NCBI GenBank assembly: GCA_937625935.1
Contig: OW569384.1
Coordinates: forward strand, 1 to 64,000
DNA length: 64,000 nucleotides
Reading direction: 5' to 3'
Source of the DNA: Tetramitus jugosus
Lineage: Eukaryota; Protista; Heterolobosea
In this document: positions 9,440 through 21,150 of the stretch, in pieces
Layout of the letters: each line of letters starts with the position of its first letter
Numbering within the stretch: position 1 is the first letter of the stretch
Made by a program: the position numbers and the translations under genes
The notes under the pieces: generated by a model
Told to the model about the DNA's origin: nothing
Databases searched by the model: none
The model's input: only the letters and a program-made list of their open reading frames with translations

Positions 9440-10135
9440 TTATTGACCAGTGACCTTCTCTACAATGCGATCAATCTTACCAGATATTGGATGCAAGATG
9501 TTGGCTCCAGTTGATGGTTTGTTGGGAGCCATTGGATGAGGATAGATCGGCGCGGACTCCTTTCCTTTGACCAATGTATCATACAGATCAGAGATATCTT
9601 GTGTTGATAATTTCTTTCTCAATTCATCCAACCAAACCTCCTCTTCCCTCAAATGTTCGCTCTCTACTGTGATAAACTTTCTCACAGTGGCTGTCCACAG
9701 AGGACCATCTCTCTGTGGCTCCATCTTTAACAATTGATTCATGATCTCTTTATTGACTTGATCATCCATACGATTTCTCGAAGCAATGATCTGACCATTT
9801 GTCAACCATTGCTCAAACAGTGGATAGACAAATTGCTCCTCTACTGACGCATGCTTAGAGATCTCATGTACCATATCATGGATCAGTTGCTTCTGCTGCA
9901 CAGGATCTTGGTGTAGCTTTTCAAAGTCTTCAAAGAATCGATTGATCATTTGATGATCTTCTACAAGGTATTGCAATCCATCCTTCGGCATTGTGTTCTT
10001 CGTATTATTAAAGTATTGGTGGTTTGGAACAGTTTGTGCAAATAACAATCTATGTTGTTGTTGTATTGGTTGATGATAACGATGAGGGTCGAGTATTCTT
10101 GTCAATAGTATAGATGTTCTTCTGCTTCTAATCAT
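9440..10135 (-). CDS. Hemerythrin/HHE cation-binding domain protein (start 10135, or 9991)
   Basis: LVEDH, EISKHASVEEQFVYP, EHLREEE, AP..PHPMAP motifs. Confidence 0.85.
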   Translation of the reverse strand: MIRSRRTSILLTRILDPHRYHQPIQQQHRLLFAQTVPNHQYFNNTKNTMPKDGLQYLVEDHQMINRFFEDFEKLHQDPVQQKQLIHDMVHEISKHASVEEQFVYPLFEQWLTNGQIIASRNRMDDQVNKEIMNQLLKMEPQRDGPLWTATVRKFITVESEHLREEEVWLDELRKKLSTQDISDLYDTLVKGKESAPIYPHPMAPNKPSTGANILHPISGKIDRIVEKVTGQ

Positions 10136-11230
10136 AGTTGTTTTCAATCGATCTTGAGATGAGATCAATAAATTGAAGGGATTGATCCGCTAATTTAGTA
10201 TGTGTGTCTGTGGATAGATCTATCAATTAAAAATATTACATCATCTATGATCCAGCAAAAAACCAACTACAGTTGGAATCCGCGTCTGACATGGGATGCT
10301 TGGTCAACCACATCCAAAACTCACAACAAGTATTACGTATTACATAGGACAACAAGGAAAATCAGCAAAACAAAGAATAAAAGGGAAAGGGAGAGGAAAT
10401 GAATAATATTGCCAAACGTGTCACAAGCTAATACATCTATGTGACCCAGATAAAGAAGTACAGCTCACCCAAGAAGAGATCATCCAAACCTGCGACTCTG
10501 ATCGTTCAGTTATTGTAAATTCCTTCAGATAGTGGAGTGGGTCTCATCCGCAAATTGTACTCAAACTTATCATCGCTGCGAAAGGATGCAAGAGACTCTT
10601 ATTGTCCATGTTGGTGTACGAGCATTCCCAGTTCATCTGTAGATCTTTTCTTGATTTTGATCGCGAGCGAGCGCAGTGTTGATGTTCTTTGACTTATTGT
10701 ATGTTTGTTATGACAGAGAGGGTCGCCAACGAGGTTAGCAGTATTCTGCCTTATATTCTAGTTCTCGTCTTTTTATCCATGCCTCGAAATGGAATGATTT
10801 AGGCAATGAAACCTCACCAGCCCTTTCAATTCGTCGAGACTGCATTTCAGCGCAGGAATGGATGAACTCTGATAGAAATTCCCAAGAATGCCAAAGAAGG
10901 CTTCCTAGGATGAAAAACGTGCTTATAGAGAGTTTTTCTCTTGGGATCTAATGTGTTGACAATAGAGTCACTATTTTGGAAGAATGAATAATCCAGTGCA
11001 TAACCTGTCGCCAATCCAATAACCTCTGGAGTGGCATTGTTTACTAATCCTCAAATTTATTTGCTTATTGGTTAAACAGGAAACATTTCGGCCAATTTCA
11101 GGGTCCTTGTCATACAGCCGTGCCTTCACTTTCCAACTTTGACAAGTCGTAGCTGTAGGTCAGCACCTTCAACTCATTCGACCATTGGGTAAATCGCAAT
11201 AAATTAGCGATGAGAACACTGATCTATCTG

Positions 11231-12270
11231 TTATATTTGATGATCGAATTTTCTGAGGTACGTCATATAGATCCAATCAGATATGGTTGTTGGTAAAAAG
11301 ACCTCGATCCACCTGAACAGTATACTCAGTGTAATATTATTTATCGTGATCACTCTCCCTCGCGATACGGACAACAGGCTTTGAATGATCTCGTCGGAAA
11401 CTTCCTTTGGTTCCAATCCCTTCTTATTTGATTCTATTAACAAGTGATACAGAATGCGAGACTCTTTGTTTTGTTTCAACTGCTTATCTAATTGTTTCAA
11501 AGAAATCATAGGAGTGCGTACATATCCAGGACAGATACAGAAAACACGGATATCTTCCCCATACAACAAAAATTCTCTTCGAAGAATGTTACTATATGCA
11601 ATGATTGCTGATAATAAGTTTTCAGTGAGCAAAAGTTCTAATGTTCTATGATGATTCGTTAGTCTCTTCACATACCGTGCTTTGTTGGACTGTAATGACC
11701 GAATAGAGGTGTGCTAATGTATCCAGCTATTGAACCCATATTCACAATACATCCACTTTCATGGCATTGATCATTACTCTGTAACAAAGAAAACATGATT
11801 CTATTAACATTGATTGTTCCGAATACGTTGACTCTGTACATCCATTCCATTCCTTTATCCGTTTTGTCAATGATACGTCCAATCGGATTGTATTGGTTGA
11901 ATAGTGTTCCAGCACAATTTACGATGGCAAATAATCTGGTTTTCCCAAGATCACCTAGCTTATTCTGGATCATCCTTTTTGTGTTCTCAATGCTTTCAAT
12001 GTTAGTAACATCAAGTGGTAAAACATACACTTGCGATTCATCAAACTTATCAAATGCTTGGGACAGTGCTGCTTGATTAATGTCACAAGCAATGACAAAC
12101 GACTGTTTCTCCACTAAATCTAAACAAAGTTGCAAACCAATGCCAGATGCTGCTCCTGTCACGAGAACACACTTTCCACTCGCGATTATAGCTCGTGTAT
12201 TTTTCAGCATCTGTCGAGCTACTAAAACAAGAATGGCTCCCAATAGTGATAGAAATGTGATAAAAAGCAT
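11231..12270 (-). CDS. Short-chain dehydrogenase/reductase (RDH/17bHSD-like), 2 exons, intron 11608-11675
   Basis: TGAASGIG, VNCAG, splicing restores YSPTKHAIIAYSNILRRE; N-terminal TM anchor. Confidence 0.92.
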
Positions 12271-12559
12271 ATTTGATCGTTTTCTGGATCGAGATAGGCT
12301 CCTTTAGTAAGATCCTGCCCACAGAGATGGAACTACCAAACTTGTTTTGTCTATCTATATTTCTCGGGACTATGCCTCTATTTTTTTGGACTCGCGTTTT
12401 TTGAGTCCAAAAAGCCGCTGCCCAGACCAGATCAATTGCGTTGGACAAGGTTTGGATTCAACACTTCTTGGCACCAAAAACTTCGTATTGCGGAGAATCG
12501 GTGTTTTTTGCATGTTTTTTCCTCATTCCACACAAAAACAACATACAAGAAGAAGAAAA

Positions 12560-12997
12560 ATGACACGATCACTTCTTTTCAACAAAAACTTTTACTTGAA
12601 GCGCTTCAACTTGCGCATGATTAAAGAAGTGCAAATCAAGTTTTGTCCATATTCCAACAATTATATCAACAAGGGCACCAGAGATTTCTTGGACAGATGT
12701 CAACAACCAAAAGCCAAGTCCACCAATCCAAAATGTGTTGTAAAGTGTGAAATGGTCAGCAAAGAGGAAATATTGCCACAAGTGGTGATCAAATTCGAAG
12801 ATGGAAGAGAACTAAATTATGAAAATTCATCCTATCTGCCTGCAACGTCATTCATGGAGGCCATCTACTTCAAGAAGAAGAAGATTAAGAGATGGTACGA
12901 GAAGGCCAACATTGATTTTTATGATACGGAAGAAGAGGATATTAACGGAACTCCTGAAGACGAAGGCGGTAAGAAGAAGAAGAAGGGAAAGAAATAA
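12560..12997 (+). CDS. Mitochondrial ribosomal protein mL53-like (L51/S25/CI-B8 fold)
   Basis: IKFCPY...TRDFL...TNPKC.V...PQVVIKFEDG pattern. Confidence 0.7.
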   Translation: MTRSLLFNKNFYLKRFNLRMIKEVQIKFCPYSNNYINKGTRDFLDRCQQPKAKSTNPKCVVKCEMVSKEEILPQVVIKFEDGRELNYENSSYLPATSFMEAIYFKKKKIKRWYEKANIDFYDTEEEDINGTPEDEGGKKKKKGKK

Positions 12998-13016
12998 AAA
13001 TCATTGTTTATTATCC

Positions 13017-14855
13017 TTAATCAAAACGCACTTCGATCTTGTTGCTTTGAGCTTCAGCACTCTTGTCCTGTTGTCCTCCACTGGTCGTGACAGCACCTAA
13101 AATACCGAGCATGTCCTCTCTGTTTATTGGTTCCTCCGGTAAAATCTCGGGCTTCTTTTTCTTCTTTTCCTCTGGCTTGACCTCTTCGGATGTGGCTGTT
13201 CCATTGGCTTCGATCTCTGCTGTCTGTGCGGCATTCAAAGGTGAGGCAATAGTTGAACCATTGATGCTTAGGGGAGAGTCAGTAGAAGTAGGTGTAGACT
13301 TGATGGGAGTGTGCTCAAGCTTTGTTCTCTTCGCAGCAGGACTCTCTGTTGCCCCAGATTCCTGGAGCTTCCTCTTCAGTTCTCTCTTTCTCTTCTTCAA
13401 TAGCTTCTTCTTCTTCTCCTGATCACATACAAAATCTGGAATGTCCTTTCTTCGGATGTGACGAACAATTGGTTTGTGCATTGTGTCTCTCTTACCAGGC
13501 CAATCAGAGATTTGAATCTCAAAATCCTGAATAGGGGTACGAAGATCAATATCCTTTCTTCCACTGCTCTTCAAATCAGGGAACTCAACACCAATGAACA
13601 ACAGAGAACTAAATTTGTTGGACTCTGTGCTAGGTCTCATAAAGGATTGAGGGAATGGATGCAAATTCATGCTTACATCTGCAAACTCCAACTTGTTGAC
13701 CAACAATCTCATTCTGGACTCGACGAAACCACTCCATTTGCGATAGTCATCCTCATTATCGGCACCAATCTCAACCTCCAAGTAATGCATGTATCGAACA
13801 AAGAAGTCTGTTTCTTCGAATACCTCTTCCCATTTTCCCAGACCGAGCTCTGCACTTTTGGCGAATTCAAGCCCCCTTTGGAACTCCTCCTTCATTACCC
13901 TGAGTGTAGTTTTGGAGACATTGTACGTAGTATTCATACAAGGATAGGCAGGCGTAATAATCGGCATCAAATGAACCTTGTCACGAGAATAGATCTTTGG
14001 GTTCCAAATCTTAAAGCTCAGACCCAGTGTACTATCACCAATTGGCTTCAACATGATTGGTGACATGGCTCCCCATCTCCAAGTGCTACAGACCTTAAAG
14101 AATCGAGACAAAAGAACATTGGGCAAGGCATTCGGATAGAATTGACAAATCTTGGCAACAAGAATCGCATAGGCAACACCTCCGAGATAACCCATCGCAT
14201 TTCCATACACACCTCTTCGACTCGCCCAAAGCTTGATACATCGAAGTGTGGTTCTAAAAGTGTCAATATTCGGAACGGCATTCAAAATTTCTTCAGCCAC
14301 ACGCGGACCGTTCAAACTTCTCTGTGTTTCATCGTCCACATTCTTCAGATTGGCCTCATCAGTAATATCCAAATTCTCTGGAATCGTTGACCGCTCAAGA
14401 CAAGCAATCAAAAGATCCATATCTACACCATCAAACTCCATCTTAATCACGGGCACGTGAGCATCGGGAACAGGAGCCAATTCTCTCACTTCTGGCAATC
14501 CTCTCATTCTCTCAAACAACTCTCCAAAAAAGTGACTTCGATTAATGTGTCGAGGAACAATGACCAATGTGTCAATATCGGCACCTGGACCATGCACTCC
14601 TAATCGATAGGAACCAAATGTAACAATCTTGAATCCGACTTGAGCGGACAATTCTTCTGACAGTCCTTGTGTCATGGAACATTCCTTGACCCACTCACCA
14701 ATAATGTCATGTAGCTTCGATAGAACCTCTTCTCTCTTAATGTTCTCCTCCTGTGGTGGATATCTGTTTTCCTTGTGTAAGAAATCATCAATAAGTTTTG
14801 TTTGTTGACGGTCGTACTCGGTAGGCGGTGCGTCTGATATGATGTGTGAGCTCAT
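13017..14855 (-). CDS. PAP1: Canonical nuclear poly(A) polymerase
   Basis: FGSYRLGVHGPGADIDTL, SLNGPRV, GYLGGV, MPIITPAYP. Confidence 0.97.
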   Translation of the reverse strand: MSSHIISDAPPTEYDRQQTKLIDDFLHKENRYPPQEENIKREEVLSKLHDIIGEWVKECSMTQGLSEELSAQVGFKIVTFGSYRLGVHGPGADIDTLVIVPRHINRSHFFGELFERMRGLPEVRELAPVPDAHVPVIKMEFDGVDMDLLIACLERSTIPENLDITDEANLKNVDDETQRSLNGPRVAEEILNAVPNIDTFRTTLRCIKLWASRRGVYGNAMGYLGGVAYAILVAKICQFYPNALPNVLLSRFFKVCSTWRWGAMSPIMLKPIGDSTLGLSFKIWNPKIYSRDKVHLMPIITPAYPCMNTTYNVSKTTLRVMKEEFQRGLEFAKSAELGLGKWEEVFEETDFFVRYMHYLEVEIGADNEDDYRKWSGFVESRMRLLVNKLEFADVSMNLHPFPQSFMRPSTESNKFSSLLFIGVEFPDLKSSGRKDIDLRTPIQDFEIQISDWPGKRDTMHKPIVRHIRRKDIPDFVCDQEKKKKLLKKRKRELKRKLQESGATESPAAKRTKLEHTPIKSTPTSTDSPLSINGSTIASPLNAAQTAEIEANGTATSEEVKPEEKKKKKPEILPEEPINREDMLGILGAVTTSGGQQDKSAEAQSNKIEVRFD

Positions 14856-15187
14856 GATGCTGATGACGTATTTTTATTTGATTTTGTGATTGTTGTTATT
14901 GTTGTTGATTGGATGGAGTGGTGTTGTGATTGGGTTTTTTTTGTGTATTGTTCGAACAACACAAGACAGACAACTTGGTTCAAGAAGTTTTGACGTGTTG
15001 TGTTTGGTTAGGGTTTCGGTGTTTTTAGTGATTGATATGATCGCAGTGGAATATTGATCAACGACAACACTCACACAATGTATTTACAAGGAAATATTGG
15101 TGGATTGATTTGTTTTTGTTGTGGTTTTTGGCGGGAGAAACAATTGCGCATATGGAAAATTGAAACGTCAAATAGTGTGAGAAAGCT

Positions 15188-16473
15188 TCACTCGTTCATT
15201 TCTTCGTCAGAGTCAGAGTCAACGTCCTCCCACTCGTCATCATCATCACCTCCGACCATGGCATCTTCATCTTCGATATCCAGATCGTCATCAACCTTGC
15301 TCAGATCAATACCCTTCAGCACATCCCGACCAAACTTTTCCACAAGTTCCTCCTTAATCTCTGCTTCAAACATGTCGCCCTTTGCGAGCAACATTGCCTT
15401 GAGCATGTGCTTCTTGTACAGTTCTTCATTGTTGGTGGTTGCTAGAATCACGTGACCCAACATGTACCACACATCGGCACACTCGTCAAAATGCTGCAGC
15501 AAAACAGTTAGAATTGGCTTTGCAATCGCATGTTTGTTCAATTCGATTAACATTCTGCATGTAGCAATTTGGAAGTCATAGGGGAATGATTGAACAACGA
15601 CAGATGGTTCACAGGCAATGATTTGCGACACGACACGCTCTAACTTAATCAGAGCGAGATCATTCTTGTGAGTCGTAATTAAGAAGGAGGCCATATCCTG
15701 TAGCACATGAGGATTCTCTGGTGCAAGTTCATCTGCACACTTGAGAGCCTCACCGCACCTCTGTTCTGCTTCTGGAACATCACACAAATCAGTCATAAAT
15801 AATTCAGCAATGGTGCAGTATGCCATTACCAGTTCTTGTCTCAATGCTTCATCCTGTGGTTTCAATGCTAATTTTTGCTTCAAAATCTCCACACCTTGTG
15901 AATAGCACTTCAAAGATTTGTTTGTTTGAGTTTGCATCGTTTGTGCAGTAGGCGGTTCCATGGCATACAATTGACCCAAATTCATAAATTTCATGTGATC
16001 ACTCGAATCCAACTGGACACTCTTTTCAAAGCACTGTTCATCATCGACAGTATTATCGAACAACAGGACGAGAAATTAAAGTGTGAACAAAAACATTGCT
16101 CAAATGAAATAAAAAAAAAGAGTGTAATCGACAAGCGAGCACCCAACACAAATGATCAACATACCGTTAATGCTCCCACGCTATTGCCACTATCTAGGTA
16201 TATTTCACCCAGCAGATCATAGGATTTTACTTGGTCGCTCTTGTTAATGTTTGGGCGGTTCAAAAAATTGGTCAACACTTGAATGCACAAATCATGCTCG
16301 AACATGTCTCTCTTGTCCAAAATAAAGTTTTCCAGTTGAGCAAAGTTTGTGAATGACATTTGCGGAACTTGTTGAGACAACCGAGGTGCATTCTTATTTT
16401 TGTTGTTTGTTTTTGGGGCGGTAGCAGTACGTTTTCCACCTGCTCCTGCTGTTACTTTTGTCTTTTTGGCCAT
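15188..16473 (-). CDS. TPR protein, Acl4-like (Rpl4 assembly chaperone), intron 16034-16164
   Basis: ELFMTDLC...AEQRC...PENP..LQ..AS motif, acidic tail; GTATGT..CAG intron joins GALT|CFEK. Confidence 0.75.
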
Positions 16474-16757
16474 TGTTGTTGGTTGCTGTGTGTGTTGGTC
16501 AGTTGTGGTTGGGTGGTGTCAGGATTGTTTCTTGTTGGAGTGAAAGTTCTTGACCTTGGCGGAGTGAAAAAACGTAATCATATTCATTGAATGTTCTGTT
16601 CGCTCATTGAACAAGACAAAAAGAAATTCCGGCCGAATTTTTCCTATCCCGTATTTCTTCCACACAAAGAATATTAGAAAAAATCAACCACAATCACAAC
16701 AATCTTCATCCGCCACACAAACACAAAATCAACTTCTCGTACAACAACAACAACAAC

Positions 16758-18077
16758 ATGATTAGAAATATTGCTCGAGCAGCAGTCTCCCATCAAAAAC
16801 AACAACAAAAAAGAGCCACTCAGCTGGCAATGAAGAGTGTTTCATTCCCACAACATCAACATCACATTTACACACAATCATTGATCCCACTCTTGCACAA
16901 CCAACAATCAACAACAAGAAGTTATTCCAAGCACAGTATCGAAAGAGAATCCCTGTTTGACACATGGAAGAGAACACTAAAACAAGAATTGGCAGCCAAC
17001 AAGGACGTTCAAGAGGCAACAGAGGAGCTAAAGAAATCAACAACAGCACAAGTTGCCTCTGATGCTGCATCCAAGGCATCAGACGTTGCCAGTGCAGCCA
17101 AGGATGTTGCTACACCCATTGTTCAAGCAGTAGGAGAAACGATTGGAGCAGGAACAGCAAAGACTGCAGAGTTGCTACAAAAAGCAGCAGAATCCAAAGT
17201 AGGTCAAGCAATCGGTACAGCAGTGGACACTGTAGCCAAAAAAACAATTATCAAATATGTGATTGATGATTTGTATGAAGAAGAGCGCATGAGAAAACAA
17301 TTGAAGTTTATTTTCAGATCACCTTCTGGAAGAAAGGAAGATGCAGATATTGGCATCTACTACAATCCATACACTCAAAAGATGGAAAAGATGGAGGAAA
17401 TTGAGAGAAATGAGACGGAGACTGGTGTCGTGTTGCACGAAGGTGGAGTCCGTGGACGATACGGCAAGCAAAGACAGTCAAGATTCGAAGCAATGATGAA
17501 AGTGATGAACAATGGTGAAATGAGTAGCATTGGTAAGGTCACAAAGATTTTTGGTGATACACTTGCATCGGTCGGTGACAAGATTTTCAGTGAGACCGAA
17601 GAGGCACAAGTGATTGGAATTTTGAAGAATAGAGACTCGACATTTGAGTTGAACAAATTCTTGGCCAATGTTGAGCATGTTGTGCTGCCGTACGTGTTGG
17701 ATGCTTACTTTAGAGATGACGACACCACTCTGAAACGTTATGTGACAGAGGAATGTTATAGACAGGCATTTTATCCTAGATTGCACGAAAGAAAATTCTC
17801 AAAGACCTATTTCGATACAAAGATTTTGGACATTAAGGATGTCACCTCATTGAGTATTCGTTTCTTGGCCGATGATCCAGTGATCGTGATTGGTTGTCAA
17901 GTACAGTACATTTACTGTATCAAGGACAAGTTGAAGAATGAGATTGTCGAGGGTCATCCAAATGATATTCGTATGGAGAGTCAACTGTGGTCATTCAGAC
18001 AAGATCCATCCATGGAAACGAACGATTGGGAGATATTTGAGGCTGCCATCGGTGTTGACCCAGTCAAGATTGTGTAA
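16758..18077 (+). CDS. TIM44: Mitochondrial import translocase subunit Tim44
   Basis: Presequence-like N-terminus; C-terminal Tim44 domain (FSETEEA, D.TF...FL, IVEG.P.DI, W). Confidence 0.88.
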   Translation: MIRNIARAAVSHQKQQQKRATQLAMKSVSFPQHQHHIYTQSLIPLLHNQQSTTRSYSKHSIERESLFDTWKRTLKQELAANKDVQEATEELKKSTTAQVASDAASKASDVASAAKDVATPIVQAVGETIGAGTAKTAELLQKAAESKVGQAIGTAVDTVAKKTIIKYVIDDLYEEERMRKQLKFIFRSPSGRKEDADIGIYYNPYTQKMEKMEEIERNETETGVVLHEGGVRGRYGKQRQSRFEAMMKVMNNGEMSSIGKVTKIFGDTLASVGDKIFSETEEAQVIGILKNRDSTFELNKFLANVEHVVLPYVLDAYFRDDDTTLKRYVTEECYRQAFYPRLHERKFSKTYFDTKILDIKDVTSLSIRFLADDPVIVIGCQVQYIYCIKDKLKNEIVEGHPNDIRMESQLWSFRQDPSMETNDWEIFEAAIGVDPVKIV

Positions 18078-18150
18078 GACTATCAAACCCAACTATTAAA
18101 CCATTTCACACGTACAGTGACAACCAACATTTTTAGCTTTGTGCATCTAT

Positions 18151-19392
18151 CTATCGTTTATTTGAATGACCGCCAAGGTATTCCAACGTTTTCTCATAGC
18201 AAGCAAACATGATACCACTCGAGAATAATGATCTCAATATAGTAGGTTGTATTCCAAAGTACAGTGCTCTGATTCCCTCTTGTTTCGCAATTTGTTTCAT
18301 GGCACTAAATACACTACTATACCGATGACCGCAATGCATTCTGGATTTGACAACATCTGCTGGATAGACACAGAGCCAATAGGTCATTCCACTCATTGCT
18401 CCCGATATCATAAAATCTGATGCACCTAGCTCCCTCCGATAAGAAGCATGCTTCTGTTCATCAATTGCGAGATAGTGATCCTCTACCATGTAGAACTGAT
18501 CTGTCGGTGTTGGTTGAGATGTCGTAGTCGTCGTAGGTGTAGTATTCGTATTCTCATTCGTCGCTCCTGTGAGCGACGTTGGTGGTAACAATTGTTGTGA
18601 GATCCAAACTGAAGACAAGAACTCCTTCATGAACGCATAGGTGCCAAAGTAGACAAAAGATCCATAAAACTCGCGAGTAAAAGTCGCTGGAAAAGCTTTC
18701 ATCAGATAGGAGAATGTGGATCTCATGTTTCCATGACACTCGTGCTGATAAATGTGACGCAAGAGTTGAGAAGGACTATTGAACATTGGATGTTGTTTGG
18801 ACTGTACCGCTACTGCTCCTGCTGTCGTTGTTAAATTTTGTTGTCGTTGCTGTACTTGCAACTGAGTCTTGATTTGATCCACGGGTGTCATGATCGCACT
18901 GAGACAGATACCTGTTAGAGCACCTGCGATCGCATTTTGACTAATCGTAGCTTTTGAAACATCATCACTCCCAATGATCATACGCTTAAACTGGTTCAAT
19001 GAACCAAATGTTATAATATTGTAGAAGGCACATGCGTACAGAGGTGGTTTCAAACCTCGAAACAACGCCATGACACCTTCGTTTTTCACAATGGAAACAA
19101 AACAGTCCAATCCTGAGCGATATTGTTGTTGGTTGACAACTGCTGTGTTGGTAGTCACCGATGGGCCACGATTCTGAGTCTGAAGCTTCACCTTGACCGT
19201 ATCCAACGGATGACCAACAGTCGACGATACGATCCCACTGATCGTAGCAGCTGACAACTCTTTGAGCACTTGTTCTGCTCGGACAAGTGACGGTGAGGGT
19301 GACGTAGCTTGAACTGAAGAGGAAGATGAAGATGATTGTTTTTGTTGTGCCATTCGCGATCCCTTGGGGTCTTTGACTTGGTTTTGTTGCAT
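18151..19392 (-). CDS. Mitochondrial carrier (SLC25, carnitine/basic amino acid carrier-like)
   Basis: Three Px[DE]xx[KR] repeats: HPLDTVKV, TPVDQIKT, YPADVVKS; start uncertain. Confidence 0.9.
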   Translation of the reverse strand: MQQNQVKDPKGSRMAQQKQSSSSSSSVQATSPSPSLVRAEQVLKELSAATISGIVSSTVGHPLDTVKVKLQTQNRGPSVTTNTAVVNQQQYRSGLDCFVSIVKNEGVMALFRGLKPPLYACAFYNIITFGSLNQFKRMIIGSDDVSKATISQNAIAGALTGICLSAIMTPVDQIKTQLQVQQRQQNLTTTAGAVAVQSKQHPMFNSPSQLLRHIYQHECHGNMRSTFSYLMKAFPATFTREFYGSFVYFGTYAFMKEFLSSVWISQQLLPPTSLTGATNENTNTTPTTTTTSQPTPTDQFYMVEDHYLAIDEQKHASYRRELGASDFMISGAMSGMTYWLCVYPADVVKSRMHCGHRYSSVFSAMKQIAKQEGIRALYFGIQPTILRSLFSSGIMFACYEKTLEYLGGHSNKR

Positions 19393-19537
19393 GTTTGAGT
19401 TCCGACGACCAAAGCCCGAAAACAAAAATCCACAAGCTTTGCGCCAAGAATCTTTGAAACACACAACCAAGAGAATCATTTCTCCTCAAACACAAAAACA
19501 CAACACAGAACAAAACAATTTTTCAAGATTAGAAAAA

Positions 19538-21049
19538 ATGATGATCAAACGAGCAAACATTCTATTCAGTGTCAACAAACAACGACAACGACTTGCCATC
19601 TCCAGGATGATCACTCCTCAAATGGTGCATCGTTCATCTCCCTACTCTACCACCAATGACAATAGATCATCTGATGATGAACCAACATCAACAACAACAA
19701 CAACAAGTACAACTGCTACGACTACTTCCCATCATGGCGGCAGTCATAGCAGTAAAATGTATGCAGGTATGTCTAGAGATCAAGTCGAAGCAAAGCTCAG
19801 AGAACAAGGCATCAAATTCACTGGTGGCAAACAAAAGGTTCAAATGACAAAATGGGTCAATCCTATTCTCCATCGTTCTATTGAATACGAGTTGGTGAAG
19901 CCAGCGGCACTTGGAGCTGACATTAGTAGGAAAGCGGAGATGGCAACAAGAATTCTGGCAAGATCTTTCCTGGAGGAGCAAAAGACGGAAGAGTACAGAC
20001 AGGAGACCATTGAGTCAAAAGCATCAGATGTCAAGCAAATTGAAGAGTCAATCAAGCAGGTTCAACAACGAGTGTTGGAAAAGTTGAAGAAGAAGAAGGC
20101 GTATACCACTGATAGAGATACCTCTATTTTTGTTGGTCTCTATCCGGCAAAGTTAATGCCAAAGGATGCTGATGAGGCAACTGATTTTCAAATGAAATTG
20201 ATTCAATACTTGTTGACCACGTCGGAGCAACAACTCAAGGATCCTCAATATTCTCACAAGTATCAACATCCATTTGAGTTGAAGGGCTGGAAAGTTGGTG
20301 CCACACAGCCAAAAGTACAGGCCACAAACGGATTGCAAAAGCCATTCCTCGGACCTATTTTCAGTCATCAGGTCTATAGACAGGAGTCTGACTCTGATAA
20401 GATCAATTTAAGAAATACATTGATTGGTCAGTTGATGCCACAAGCAGAATGCGAATTTGCGTTCCATTTTAAGAAGGCACTACCTGCCAGAGCGGCCAAT
20501 CAGGAGCCATACACGAGAGAACAAGTGGCAGAGTGCATTGGTGAAGTGATTCCGGCCATGGAGCTCGTTGGATCGCGTATCGAAGACATTAGTTTCGGTT
20601 CAGGCAGCAAAGCTGTCGATGTATCCGGAAAGGAATTCTTCTTGAAGATTGCAGACTGTGGCAGCCATTTGGCTCTGTTGTTGGGTCCACACACGATTCA
20701 GAATCCTTCATTGGAAGACTTGGAGAACTTGTACGCTTCCAAGGTTGAATTCAATATGAACGAGGATGAGGAAATTATTCATGGCCAAGGCAACAATGTG
20801 TATGAAGGGCAGATCAATGCCTCATCAACTGTCGGACCATTGGACACCACAACCTGGGCAGTGAACGAAATAACAGCTCACGTTTCCGAGGGTGGTCGAG
20901 GCATGGAAGTATCAGCCGGTACCCTCATCAGCTCTGGAACAATGACTGGCAAGAGCAGACAAATTGACAACGGAGACAGAATTGTTGCTTCATTTACTAA
21001 TGTTCCAACATACAACAAGATGACAGTTCAAGTCTCAGCTGACTTCTAA
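19538..21049 (+). CDS. FAH-superfamily 2-keto-4-pentenoate hydratase (MhpD-like) with long N-terminal extension
   Basis: GWKVGAT, P..GPIF, AECEFAF, PAMELVGSR, IAD, ISSGTMTG. Confidence 0.82.
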   Translation: MMIKRANILFSVNKQRQRLAISRMITPQMVHRSSPYSTTNDNRSSDDEPTSTTTTTSTTATTTSHHGGSHSSKMYAGMSRDQVEAKLREQGIKFTGGKQKVQMTKWVNPILHRSIEYELVKPAALGADISRKAEMATRILARSFLEEQKTEEYRQETIESKASDVKQIEESIKQVQQRVLEKLKKKKAYTTDRDTSIFVGLYPAKLMPKDADEATDFQMKLIQYLLTTSEQQLKDPQYSHKYQHPFELKGWKVGATQPKVQATNGLQKPFLGPIFSHQVYRQESDSDKINLRNTLIGQLMPQAECEFAFHFKKALPARAANQEPYTREQVAECIGEVIPAMELVGSRIEDISFGSGSKAVDVSGKEFFLKIADCGSHLALLLGPHTIQNPSLEDLENLYASKVEFNMNEDEEIIHGQGNNVYEGQINASSTVGPLDTTTWAVNEITAHVSEGGRGMEVSAGTLISSGTMTGKSRQIDNGDRIVASFTNVPTYNKMTVQVSADF

Positions 21050-21150
21050 ATAAAATGGGCATTTGAGCGAACACAAAACTGTCTTTGAAACCATTGCAGT
21101 AAGCAACAAACAATCAAAAAAACAAAATCACGCACACAAGAGACACGACC

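Noticed and set aside
10200-11230. Possible decayed coding sequence
   Set aside because: Multiple stops and no family motif I can support
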